NCBI GenBank assembly: GCA_964057225.1
Contig: OZ059894.1
Coordinates: forward strand, 20,522,001-20,586,000
Source: Auanema rhodensis
Lineage: Eukaryota; Animalia; Nematoda
Direction of reading: 5' to 3'
Length of the DNA: 64,000 nt
The translations under genes were made by a program, and so were the position numbers. The notes beneath the pieces were generated by a model. The model was not told the DNA's origin. It worked only from the letters and a program-made list of their open reading frames with translations, and searched no databases. This document shows positions 40,501 to 55,100 of this stretch, in pieces (the stretch's first letter is position 1; each line of letters starts with the position of its first letter).

Positions 40501-43171
40501 GTGAACTTATATCAGTGGATATCTCGGTGCATTTTTAAGCTAGCGCAAATCTGATAACACAGATCGACGCAGCTTAAAAATCCGCATCGAATGCACTATA
40601 CTACATTGAGAAACGCTTAATACAAAAATTAGTTATGATCGTTTGAAAAATGATGCATTAGTGTATGTTGAGTTTCCATGTACACTCAACATTGCTTCCA
40701 AAAACATTTTGACAAAAAGTTTTTCGAAAAATTTCAAAACAATTTAGCAAAAAGTAGATGTTTTTAGATTCCTTTTTTCAAGGTAAAGACGATGGACAAT
40801 GTTATTCAACGAAAAAATTAACTCTTCAGGGTTAAAATCGAGGATATAAGTGTGAACTTATATCAGTTGATATCTCGGTGCATTTTTAAGCTAGCGCAAA
40901 TCTGATAACTCAGATCGACGCAGCTTAAAAATCCGCATCGAATGCACTGTACTACATTGAGAAACGCTTAATACAAAAATTAGTTATGATCGTTTGAAAA
41001 ATGATGCATTAGTGTATGTTGAGTTTCCATGTACACTCAACATTGCTTCCAAAAACATTTTGACAAAAATTTTTTCGAAAAATTTCAAAATAATTTAGCA
41101 AAAAGTAGATGTTTTTAGATTCCTTTTTTCAAGGCAAAGACGATGGACAATGTTATTCAACGAAAAAAATAATTCTTCAGGGTGAAAATCGAGGATATAA
41201 GTGTGAACTTATATCAGTTGATATCTCGGTGCATTTTTAAGCTAGCGCAAATCTGATAACCCAGATCGACGCAGCTTAAAAATCCGCATCGAATGCACTG
41301 TACTACATTGAGAAACGATCAATACAAAAATTAGTTATGATCGTTTGAAAAATGATGCATTAGTGTATGTTGAGTTTCCATGTACACTCAACATTGCTTC
41401 CAAAAACATTTTGACAAAAATTTTTTCGAAAAATTTCAAAATAATTTAGCAAAAAGTAGATGTTTTTAGATTCCTTTTTTCAAGGTAAAGACGATGGACA
41501 ATGTTATTCAACGAAAAAATCAACTCTTCAGGGTGAAAATCGAGGATATAAGTGTGAACTTATATCAGTTGATATCTCGGTGCATTTTTAAGCTAGCGCA
41601 AATCTGATAACACAGATCGACGCAGCTTAAAAATCCGCATCGAATGCACTATACTACATTGAGAAACGCTTAATACAAAAATTAGTTATGATCGTTTGAA
41701 AAATGATGCATTAGTGTATGTTGAGTTTCCATGTACACTCAACATTGCTTCCAAAAACATTTTGACAAAAATTTTTTCGAAAAATTTCAAAACAATTTAG
41801 CAGAAAGTAGATGTTTTTAGATTCCTTTTTTCAAGGTAAAGACGATGGACAATGTTATTCAACGAAAAAATTAACTCTTCAGGGTGAAAATCGAGGATAT
41901 AAGTGTGAACTTATATCAGTTGATATCTCGGTGCATTTTTAAGCTAGCGCAAATCTGATAACTCAGATCGACGCAGCTTAAAAATCCGCATCGAATGCAC
42001 TGTACTACATTAAGAAACGCTTAATACAAAAATTAGTTATGATCGTTTGAGAAATGATGCATTAGTGTATGTTGAGTTTCCATGTACACTCAACATTGCT
42101 TCCAAAAACATTTTGACAAAAATTTTTTCGAAAAATTTCAAAACAATTTAGCAGAAAGTAGATGTTTTTAGATTCCTTTTTTCAAGGTAAAGACGATGGA
42201 CAATGTTATTCAACGAAAAAATTAACTCTTCAGGGTGAAAATCGAGGATATAAGTGTGAACTTATATCAGTTGATATCTCGGTGCATTTTTAAGCTAGCG
42301 CAAATCTGATAACTCAGATCGACGCAGCTTAAAAATCCGCATCGAATGCACTGTACTACATTGAGAAACGCTTAATACAAAAATTAGTTATGATCGTTTG
42401 AAAAATGATGCATTAGTGTATGTTGAGTTTCCATGTACACTCAACATTGCTTCCAAAAACATTTTGACAAAAATTTTTTCGAAAAATTTCAAAATAATTT
42501 AGCAAAAAGTATATGTTTTTAGATTCCTTTTTTCAAGGCAAAGAGGATGGACAATGTTATTCAACGAAAAAAATAATTCTTCAGGGTGAAAATCGAGGAT
42601 ATAAGTGTGAACTTATATCAGTTGATATCTCGGTGCATTTTTAAGCTAGCGCAAATCTGATAACCCAGATCGACGCAGCTTAAAAATCCGCATCGAATGC
42701 ACTGTACTACATTGAGAAACGCTCAATACAAAAATTAGTTATGATCGTTTGAAAAATGATGCATTAGTGTATGTTGAGTTTCCATGTACACTCAACATTG
42801 CTTCCAAAAACATTTTGACAAAAATTTTTTCGAAAAATTTCAAAATAATTTAGCAAAAAGTAGATGTTTTTAGATTCCTTTTTTCAAGGTAAAGACGATG
42901 GACAACGTTATTCAACGAAAAAAATAACTCTTCAGGGTGAAAATCGAGGATATAAGTGTGAACTTATATCAGTTGATATCTCGGTGCATTTTTAAGCTAG
43001 CGCAAATCTGATAACACAGATCGACGCAGCTTAAAAATCCGCATCGAATGCACTATACTACATTGAGAAACGCTTAATACAAAAATTAGTTATGATCGTT
43101 TGAAAAATGATGCATTAGTGTATGTTGAGTTTCCATGTACACTCAACATTGCTTCCAAAAACATTTTGACA
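37557..43171. repeat. 7-monomer block duplicated at a 9-monomer (3158 bp) offset
   Basis: 37557-40013 matches 40715-43171 in ordered markers: AAAAGTTTT/ACTCAG; ACGATCAA; ATCAACT; GCAGAA/ATTAAG; GCAGAA; GTATATG/AGAGG; ACAACG. Confidence 0.8.
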
Positions 43172-46100
43172 AAAATTTTTTCGAAAAATTTCAAAATAAT
43201 TTAGCAAAAAGTAGATGTTTTTAGATTTCTTTTTTCAAGGCAAAGACGATGGACAATGTTATTCAACGAAAAAAATAATTCTTCAGGGTGAAAATCGAGG
43301 ATATAAGTGTGAACTTATATCAGTTGATATCTCGGTGCATTTTTAAGCTAGCGCAAATCTGATAACCCAGATCGACGCAGCTTAAAAATCCGCATCGAAT
43401 GCACTGTACTACATTGAGAAACGCTTAATACAAAAATTAGTTATGATCGTTTGAAAAATGATGCATTAGTGTATGTTGAGTTTCCATGTACACTCAACAT
43501 TGCTTCCAAAAACATTTTGACAAAAATTTTTTCGAAAAATTTCAAAATAATTTAGCAAAAAGTAGATGTTTTTAGATTCCTTTTTTCAAGGTAAAGACGA
43601 TGGACAATGTTATTCAACGAAAAAATTAACTCTTCACGGTGAAAATCGAGGATATAAGTGTGAACTTTTATCAGTTGATATCTCGGTGCATTTTTAAGCT
43701 AGCGCAAATCTGATAACACAGATCGGCGCAGCTTAAAAATCCGCATCGAATGCATTATACTACATTGAGAAACGCTTAATACAAAAATTAGTTATGATCG
43801 TTTGAAAAATGATGCATTAGTGTATGTTGAGTTTCCATGTACACTCAACATTGCTTCCAAAAACATTTTGACAAAAATTTTTTCGAAAAATTTCAAAATA
43901 ATTTAGCAAAAAGTATATGTTTTTAGATTCCTTTTTTCAAGGCAAAGAGGATGGACAATGTTATTCAACGAAAAAAATAATTCTTCAGGGTGAAAATCGA
44001 GGATATAAGTGTGAACTTTTATCAGTTGATATCTCGGTGCATTTTTAAGCTAGCGCAAATCTGATAACCCAGATCGACGCAGCTTAAAAATCCGCATCGA
44101 ATGCACTGTACTACATTGAGAAACGCTCAATACAAAAATTAGTTATGATCGTTTGAAAAATGATGCATTAGTGTATGTTGAGTTTCCATGTACACTCAAC
44201 ATTGCTTCCAAAAACATTTTGACAAAAATTTTTTCGAAAAATTTCAAAATAATTTAGCAAAAAGTAGATGTTTTTAGATTCCTTTTTTCAAGGTAAAGAC
44301 GATGGACAATGTTATTCAACGAAAAAAATAATTCTTCAGGGTGAAAATCGAGGATATATGTGTGAACTTATATCAGTTGATATCTCGGTGCATTTTTAAG
44401 CTAGCGCAAATCTGATAACACAGATCGACGCAGCTTAAAAATCCGCATCGAATGCACTATACTACATTGAGAAACGCTTAATACAAAAATTAGTTATGAT
44501 CGTTTGAAAAATGATGCATTAGTGTATGTTGAGTTTCCATGTACACTCAACATTGCTTCCAAAAACATTTTGACAAAAATTTTTTCGAAAAATTTCAAAA
44601 TAATTTAGCAAAAAGTAGATGTTTTTAGATTCCTTTTTTCAAGGCAAAGACGATGGACAATGTTATTCAACGAAAAAATTAATTCTTCAGGGTGAAAATC
44701 GAGGATATAAGTGTAAACTTATATCAGTTGATATCTCGGTGCATTTTTAAGCTAGCGCAAATCTGATAACACAGATCGACGCAGCTTAAAAATCCGCATC
44801 GAATGCACTATACCACATTGAGAAACGCTTAAAACAAAAATTAGTTATGATCGTTTGAAAAATGATGCATTAGTGTATGTTGAGTTTCCATGTACACTCA
44901 ACATTGCTTCCAAAAACATTTTGACAAAAAGTTTTTCGAAAAATTTCAAAACAATTTAGCAAAAAGTAGATGTTTTTAGATTCCTTTTTTCAAGGTAAAG
45001 ACGATGGACAATGTTATTCAACGAAAAAATTAACTCTTCAGGGTGAAAATCGAGGATATAAGTGTGAACTTATATCAGTTGATATCTCGGTGCATTTTTA
45101 AGCTAGCGCAAATCTGATAACTCAGATCGACGCAGCTTAAAAATCCGCATCGAATGCACTGTACTACATTGAGAAACGCTTAATACAAAAATTAGTTATG
45201 ATCGTTTGAAAAATGATGCATTAGTGTATGTTGAGTTTCCATGTACACTCAACATTGCTTCCAAAAACATTTTGACAAAAATTTTTTCGAAAAATTTCAA
45301 AATAATTTAGCAAAAAGTAGATGTTTTTAGATTCCTTTTTTCAAGGCAAAGACGATGGACAATGTTATTCAACGAAAAAAATAATTCTTCAGGGTGAAAA
45401 TCGAGGATATAAGTGTGAACTTATATCAGTTGATATCTCGGTGCATTTTTAAGCTAGCGCAAATCTGATAACCCAGATCGACGCAGCTTAAAAATCCGCA
45501 TCGAATGCACTGTACTACATTGAGAAACGCTCAATACAAAAATTAGTTATGATCGTTTGAAAAATGATGCATTAGTGTATGTTGAGTTTCCATGTACACT
45601 CAACATTGCTTCCAAAAACATTTTGACAAAAATTTTTTCGAAAAATTTCAAAATAATTTAGCAAAAAGTAGATGTTTTTAGATTCCTTTTTTCAAGGCAA
45701 AGACGATGGACAATGTTATTCAACGAAAAAAATAATTCTTCAGGGTGAAAATCGAGGATATAAGTGTGAACTTATATCAGTTGATATCTCGGTGCATTTT
45801 TAAGCTAGCGCAAATCTGATAACACAGATCGACGCAGCTTAAAAATCCGCATCGAATGCACTATACTACATTGAGAAACGCTTAATACAAAAATTAGTTA
45901 TGATCGTTTGAAAAATGATGCATTAGTGTATGTTGAGTTTCCATGTACACTCAACATTGCTTCCAAAAACATTTTGACAAAAATTTTTTCGAAAAATTTC
46001 AAAACAATTTAGCAGAAAGTAGATGTTTTTAGATTCCTTTTTTCAAGGTAAAGACGATGGACAATGTTATTCAACGAAAAAATTAACTCTTCAGGGTGAA

Positions 46101-49100
46101 AATCGAGGATATAAGTGTGAACTTATATCAGTTGATATCTCGGTGCATTTTTAAGCTAGCGCAAATCTGATAACTCAGATCGACGCAGCTTAAAAATCCG
46201 CATCGAATGCACTGTACTACATTAAGAAACGCTTAATACAAAAATTAGTTATGATCGTTTGAAAAATGATGCATTAGTGTATGTTGAGTTTCCATGTACA
46301 CTCAACATTGCTTCCAAAAACATTTTGACAAAAATTTTTTCGAAAAATTTCAAAATAATTTAGCAAAAAGTAGATGTTTTTAGATTCCTTCTTTCAAGGC
46401 AAAGACGATGGACAATGTTATTCAACGAAAAAAATAATTCTTCAGGGTGAAAATCGAGGATATATGTGTGAACTTATATCAGTTGATATCTCGGTGCATT
46501 TTTAAGCTAGCGCAAATCTGATAACACAGATCGACGCAGCTTAAAAATCCGCATCGAATGCACTATACTACATTGAGAAACGCTTAATACAAAAATTAGT
46601 TATGATCGTTTGAAAAATGATGCATTAGTGTATGTTGAGTTTCCATGTACACTCAACATTGCTTCCAAAAACATTTTGACAAAAATTTTTTCGAAAAATT
46701 TCAAAATAATTTAGCAAAAAGTAGATGTTTTTAGATTTCTTTTTTCAAGGCAAAGACGATGGACAATGTTATTCAACGAAAAAAATAATTCTTCAGGGTG
46801 AAAATCGAGGATATAAGTGTGAACTTATATCAGTTGATATCTCGGTGCATTTTTAAGCTAGCGCAAATCTGATAACCCAGATCGACGCAGCTTAAAAATC
46901 CGCATCGAATGCACTGTACTACATTGAGAAACGCTTAATACAAAAATTAGTTATGATCGTTTGAAAAATGATGCATTAGTGTATGTTGAGTTTCCATGTA
47001 CACTCAACATTGCTTCCAAAAACATTTTGACAAAAATTTTTTCGAAAAATTTCAAAATAATTTAGCAAAAAGTAGATGTTTTTAGATTCCTTTTTTCAAG
47101 GTAAAGACGATGGACAATGTTATTCAACGAAAAAATTAACTCTTCAGGGTGAAAATCGAGGATATAAGTGTGAACTTTTATCAGTTGATATCTCGGTGCA
47201 TTTTTAAGCTAGCGCAAATCTGATAACACAGATCGGCGCAGCTTAAAAATCCGCATCGAATGCATTATACTACATTGAGAAACGCTTAATACAAAAATTA
47301 GTTATGATCGTTTGAAAAATGATGCATTAGTGTATGTTGAGTTTCCATGTACACTCAACATTGCTTCCAAAAACATTTTGACAAAAATTTTTTCGAAAAA
47401 TTTCAAAATAATTTAGCAAAAAGTATATGTTTTTAGATTCCTTTTTTCAAGGCAAAGAGGATGGACAATGTTATTCAACGAAAAAAATAATTCTTCAGGG
47501 TGAAAATCGAGGATATAAGTGTGAACGTATATCAGTTGATATCTCGGTGCATTTTTAAGCTAGCGCAAATCTGATAACCCAGATCGACGCAGCTTAAAAA
47601 TCCGCATCGAATGCACTGTACTACATTGAGAAACGCTCAATACAAAAATTAGTTATGATCGTTTGAAAAATGATGCATTAGTGTATGTTGAGTTTCCATG
47701 TACACTCAACATTGCTTCCAAAAACATTTTGACAAAAATTTTTTCGAAAAATTTCAAAATAATTTAGCAAAAAGTAGATGTTTTTAGATTCCTTTTTTCA
47801 AGGTAAAGACGATGGACAATGTTATTCAACGAAAAAAATAATTCTTCAGGGTGAAAATCGAGGATATATGTGTGAACTTATATCAGTTGATATCTCGGTG
47901 CATTTTTAAGCTAGCGCAAATCTGATAACACAGATCGACGCAGCTTAAAAATCCGCATCGAATGCACTATACTACATTGAGAAACGCTTAATACAAAAAT
48001 TAGTTATGATCGTTTGAAAAATGATGCATTAGTGTATGTTGAGTTTCCATGTACACTCAACATTGCTTCCAAAAACATTTTGACAAAAATTTTTTCGAAA
48101 AATTTCAAAATAATTTAGCAAAAAGTAGATGTTTTTAGATTCCTTTTTTCAAGGCAAAGACGATGGACAATGTTATTCAACGAAAAAAATAATTCTTCAG
48201 GGTGAAAATCGAGGATATAAGTGTGAACTTATATCAGTTGATATCTCGGTGCATTTTTAAGCTAGCGCAAATCTGATAACCCAGATCGACGCAGCTTAAA
48301 AATCCGCATCGAATGCACTATACTACATTGAGAAACGCTTAATACAAAAATTAGTTATGATCGTTTGAAAAATGATGCATTAGTGTATGTTGAGTTTCCA
48401 TGTACACTCAACATTGCTTCCAAAAACATTTTGACAAAAATTTTTTCGAAAAATTTCAAAATAATTTAGCAAAAAGTAGATGTTTTTAGATTCCTTCTTT
48501 CAAGGCAAAGACGATGGACAATGTTATTCAACGAAAAAAATAATTCTTCAGGGTGAAAATCGAGGATATATGTGTGAACTTATATCAGTTGATATCTCGG
48601 TGCATTTTTAAGCTAGCGCAAATCTGATAACACAGATCGACGCAGCTTAAAAATCCGCATCGAATGCACTATACTACATTGAGAAACGCTTAATACAAAA
48701 ATTAGTTATGATCGTTTGAAAAATGATGCATTAGTGTATGTTGAGTTTCCATGTACACTCAACATTGCTTCCAAAAACATTTTGACAAAAATTTTTTCGA
48801 AAAATTTCAAAATAATTTAGCAAAAAGTAGATGTTTTTAGATTTCTTTTTTCAAGGCAAAGACGATGGACAATGTTATTCAACGAAAAAAATAATTCTTC
48901 AGGGTGAAAATCGAGGATATAAGTGTGAACTTATATCAGTTGATATCTCGGTGCATTTTTAAGCTAGCGCAAATCTGATAACCCAGATCGACGCAGCTTA
49001 AAAATCCGCATCGAATGCACTGTACTACATTGAGAAACGCTTAATACAAAAATTAGTTATGATCGTTTGAAAAATGATGCATTAGTGTATGTTGAGTTTC

Positions 49101-52100
49101 CATGTACACTCAACATTGCTTCCAAAAACATTTTGACAAAAATTTTTTCGAAAAATTTCAAAATAATTTAGCAAAAAGTAGATGTTTTTAGATTCCTTTT
49201 TTCAAGGTAAAGACGATGGACAATGTTATTCAACGAAAAAATTAACTCTTCAGGGTGAAAATCGAGGATATAAGTGTGAACTTTTATCAGTTGATATCTC
49301 GGTGCATTTTTAAGCTAGCGCAAATCTGATAACACAGATCGACGCAGCTTAAAAATCCGCATCGAATGCATTATACTACATTGAGAAACGCTTAATACAA
49401 AAATTAGTTATGATCGTTTGAAAAATGATGCATTAGTGTATGTTGAGTTTCCATGTACACTCAACATTGCTTCCAAAAACATTTTGACAAAAATTTTTTC
49501 GAAAAATTTCAAAACAATTTAGCAAAAAGTAGATGTTTTTAGATTCCTTTTTTCAAGGTGAAGACGATGGACAATGTTATTCAACGAAAAAATTAACTCT
49601 TCAGGGTGAAAATCGAGGATATAAGTGTGAACTTATATCAGTTGATATCTCGGTGCATTTTTAAGCTAGCGCAAATCTGATAACACAAATCGACGCAGCT
49701 TAAAAATCCGCATCGAATGCACTATACTACATTGAGAAACGCTTAATACAAAAATTAGTTATGATCGTTTGAAAAATGATGCATTAGTGTATGTTGAGTT
49801 TCCATGTACACTCAACATTGCTTCCAAAAACATTTTGACAAAAATTTTTTCGAAACATTTCAAAATAATTTAGCAAAAAGTAGATGTTTTTAGATTTCTT
49901 TTTTCAAGGCAAAGACGATGGACAATGTTATTCAACGAAAAAATCAACTCTTCAGGGTGAAAATCGAGGATATAAGTGTGAACTTATATCAGTTGATATC
50001 TCGGTGCATTTTTAAGCTAGCGCAAATCTGATAACACAGATCGACGCAGCTTAAAAATCTGCATCGAATGCACTATACTACATTGAGAAACGCTTAATAC
50101 AAAAATTAGTTATGATCGTTTGAAAAATGATGCATTAGTGTATGTTGAGTTTCCATGTACACTCAACATTGCTTCCAAAAACATTTTGACAAAAATTTTT
50201 TCGAAACATTTCAAAATAATTTAGCAAAAAGTAGATGTTTTTAGATTCCTTTTTTCAAGGCAAAGACGATGGACAATGTTATTCAACGAAAAAATTAACT
50301 CTTCAGGGTGAAAATCGAGGATATAAGTGTGAACTTATATCAGTTGATATCTCGGTGCATTTTTAAGCTAGCGCAAATCTGATAACACAGATCGACGCAG
50401 CTTAAAAATCCGCATCGAATGCACTATACTACATTGAGAAACGCTTAATACAAAAATTAGTTATGATCGTTTGAAAAATGATGCATTAGTGTATGTTGAG
50501 TTTCCATGTACACTCAACATTGCTTCCAAAAACATTTTGACAAAAATTTTTTCGAAACATTTCAAAATAATTTAGCAAAAAGTAGATGTTTTTAGATTCC
50601 TTTTTTCAAGGCAAAGACGATGGACAATGTTATTCAACGAAAAAATTAACTCTTCAGGGTGAAAATCGAGGATATAAGTGTGAACTTATATCAGTTGATA
50701 TCTCGGTGCATTTTTAAGCTAGCGCAAATCTGATAACACAGATCGACGCAGCTTAAAAATCCGCATCGAATGCACTATACTACATTGAGAAACGCTTAAT
50801 ACAAAAATTAGTTATGATCGTTTGAAAAATGATGCATTAGTGTATGTTGAGTTTCCATGTACACTCAACATTGCTTCCAAAAACATTTTGACAAAAATTT
50901 TTTCGAAACATTTCAAAATAATTTAGCAAAAAGTAGATGTTTTTAGATTCCTTTTTTCAAGGCAAAGACGATGGACAATGTTATTCAACGAAAAAATTAA
51001 CTCTTCAGGGTGAAAATCGAGGATATAAGTGTGAACTTATATCAGTTGATATCTCGGTGCATTTTTAAGCTAGCGCAAATCTGATAACACAGATCGACGC
51101 AGCTTAAAAATCCGCATCGAATGCACTATACTACATTGAGAAACGCTTAATACAAAAATTAGTTATGATCGTTTGAAAAATGATGCATTAGTGTATGTTG
51201 AGTTTCCATGTACACTCAACATTGCTTCCAAAAACATTTTGACAAAAATTTTTTCGAAAAATTTCAAAATAATTTAGCAAAAAGTATATGTTTTTAGATT
51301 CCTTTTTTCAAGGCAAAGACGATGGACAATGTTATTCAACGAAAAAAATAATTCTTCAGGGTGAAAATCGAGGATATAAGTGTGAACTTATATCAGTTGA
51401 TATCTCGGTGCATTTTTAAGCTAGCGCAAATCTGATAACCCAGATCGACGCAGCTTAAAAATCCGCATCGAATGCACTGTACTACATTGAGAAACGCTTA
51501 ATACAAAAATTAGTTATGATCGTTTGAAAAATGATGCATTAGTGTATGTTGAGTTTCCATGTACACTCAACATTGCTTCCAAAAACATTTTGACAAAAAT
51601 TTTTTCGAAAAATTTCAAAACAATTTAGCAAAAAGTAGATGTTTTTAGATTCCTTTTTTCAAGGTAAAGACGATGGACAATGTTATTCAACGAAAAAATT
51701 AACTCTTCAGGGTGAAAATCGAGGATATAAGTGTGAACTTATATCAGTTGATATCTCGGTGCATTTTTAAGCTAGCGCAAATCTGATAACTCAGATCGAC
51801 GCAGCTTAAAAATCCGCATCGAATGCACTGTACTACATTAAGAAACGCTTAATACAAAAATTAGTTATGATCGTTTGAAAAATGATGCATTAGTGTATGT
51901 TGAGTTTCCATGTACACTCAACATTGCTTCCAAAAACATTTTGACAAAAATTTTTTCGAAAAATTTCAAAATAATTTAGCAAAAAGTAGATGTTTTTAGA
52001 TTCCTTCTTTCAAGGCAAAGACGATGGACAATGTTATTCAACGAAAAAAATAATTCTTCAGGGTGAAAATCGAGGATATATGTGTGAACTTATATCAGTT

Positions 52101-55100
52101 GATATCTCGGTGCATTTTTAAGCTAGCGCAAATCTGATAACACAGATCGACGCAGCTTAAAAATCCGCATCGAATGCACTATACTACATTGAGAAACGCT
52201 TAATACAAAAATTAGTTATGATCGTTTGAAAAATGATGCATTAGTGTATGTTGAGTTTCCATGTACACTCAACATTGCTTCCAAAAACATTTTGACAAAA
52301 ATTTTTTCGAAAAATTTCAAAATAATTTAGCAAAAAGTAGATGTTTTTAGATTTCTTTTTTCAAGGCAAAGACGATGGACAATGTTATTCAACGAAAAAA
52401 ATAATTCTTCAGGGTGAAAATCGAGGATATAAGTGTGAACTTATATCAGTTGATATCTCGGTGCATTTTTAAGCTAGCGCAAATCTGATAACCCAGATCG
52501 ACGCAGCTTAAAAATCCGCATCGAATGCACTGTACTACATTGAGAAACGCTTAATACAAAAATTAGTTATGATCGTTTGAAAAATGATGCATTAGTGTAT
52601 GTTGAGTTTCCATGTACACTCAACATTGCTTCCAAAAACATTTTGACAAAAATTTTTTCGAAAAATTTCAAAATAATTTAGCAAAAAGTAGATGTTTTTA
52701 GATTTCTTTTTTCAAGGCAAAGACGATGGACAATGTTATTCAACGAAAAAAATAATTCTTCAGGGTGAAAATCGAGGATATAAGTGTGAACTTATATCAG
52801 TTGATATCTCGGTGCATTTTTAAGCTAGCGCAAATCTGATAACCCAGATCGACGCAGCTTAAAAATCCGCATCGAATGCACTGTACTACATTGAGAAACG
52901 CTTAATACAAAAATTAGTTATGATCGTTTGAAAAATGATGCATTAGTGTATGTTGAGTTTCCATGTACACTCAACATTGCTTCCAAAAACATTTTGACAA
53001 AAATTTTTTCGAAAAATTTCAAAATAATTTAGCAAAAAGTAGATGTTTTTAGATTCCTTTTTTCAAGGTAAAGACGATGGACAATGTTATTCAACGAAAA
53101 AATTAACTCTTCAGGGTGAAAATCGAGGATATAAGTGTGAACTTTTATCAGTTGATATCTCGGTGCATTTTTAAGCTAGCGCAAATCTGATAACACAGAT
53201 CGACGCAGCTTAAAAATCCGCATCGAATGCATTATACTACATTGAGAAACGCTTAATACAAAAATTAGTTATGATCGTTTGAAAAATGATGCATTAGTGT
53301 ATGTTGAGTTTCCATGTACACTCAACATTGCTTCCAAAAACATTTTGACAAAAATTTTTTCGAAAAATTTCAAAACAATTTAGCAAAAAGTAGATGTTTT
53401 TAGATTCCTTTTTTCAAGGTGAAGACGATGGACAATGTTATTCAACGAAAAAATTAACTCTTCAGGGTGAAAATCGAGGATATAAGTGTGAACTTATATC
53501 AGTTGATATCTCGGTGCATTTTTAAGCTAGCGCAAATCTGATAACACAAATCGACGCAGCTTAAAAATCCGCATCGAATGCACTATACTACATTGAGAAA
53601 CGCTTAATACAAAAATTAGTTATGATCGTTTGAAAAATGATGCATTAGTGTATGTTGAGTTTCCATGTACACTCAACATTGCTTCCAAAAACATTTTGAC
53701 AAAAATTTTTTCGAAAAATTTCAAAACAATTTAGCAAAAAGTAGATGTTTTTAGATTCCTTTTTTTAAGGTGAAGACGATGGACAATGTTATTCAACGAA
53801 AAAATTAACTCTTCAGGGTGAAAATCGAGGATATAAGTGTGAACTTATATCAGTTGATATCTCGGTGCATTTTTAAGCTAGCGCAAATCTGATAACACAA
53901 ATCGACGCAGCTTAAAAATCCGCATCGAATGCACTATACTACATTGAGAAACGCTTAATACAAAAATTAGTTATGATCGTTTGAAAAATGATGCATTAGT
54001 GTATGTTGAGTTTCCATGTACACTCAACATTGCTTCCAAAAACATTTTGACAAAAATTTTTTCGAAACATTTCAAAATAATTTAGCAAAAAGTAGATGTT
54101 TTTAGATTCCTTTTTTCAAGGCAAAGACGATGGACAATGTTATTCAACGAAAAAATTAACTCTTCAGGGTGAAAATCGAGGATATAAGTGTGAACTTATA
54201 TCAGTTGATATCTCGGTGCATTTTTAAGCTAGCGCAAATCTGATAACACAGATCGACGCAGCTTAAAAATCCGCATCGAATGCACTATACTACATTGAGA
54301 AACGCTTAATACAAAAATTAGTTATGATCGTTTGAAAAATGATGCATTAGTGTATGTTGAGTTTCCATGTACACTCAACATTGCTTCCAAAAACATTTTG
54401 ACAAAAATTTTTTCGAAAAATTTCAAAATAATTTAGCAAAAAGTATATGTTTTTAGATTCCTTTTTTCAAGGCAAAGACGATGGACAATGTTATTCAACG
54501 AAAAAAATAATTCTTCAGGGTGAAAATCGAGGATATAAGTGTGAACTTATATCAGTTGATATCTCGGTGCATTTTTAAGCTAGCGCAAATCTGATAACCC
54601 AGATCGACGCAGCTTAAAAATCCGCATCGAATGCACTGTACTACATTGAGAAACGCTTAATACAAAAATTAGTTATGATCGTTTGAAAAATGATGCATTA
54701 GTGTATGTTGAGTTTCCATGTACACTCAACATTGCTTCCAAAAACATTTTGACAAAAATTTTTTCGAAAAATTTCAAAACAATTTAGCAAAAAGTAGATG
54801 TTTTTAGATTCCTTTTTTCAAGGTAAAGACGATGGACAATGTTATTCAACGAAAAAATTAACTCTTCAGGGTGAAAATCGAGGATATAAGTGTGAACTTA
54901 TATCAGTTGATATCTCGGTGCATTTTTAAGCTAGCGCAAATCTGATAACTCAGATCGACGCAGCTTAAAAATCCGCATCGAATGCACTGTACTACATTAA
55001 GAAACGCTTAATACAAAAATTAGTTATGATCGTTTGAAAAATGATGCATTAGTGTATGTTGAGTTTCCATGTACACTCAACATTGCTTCCAAAAACATTT

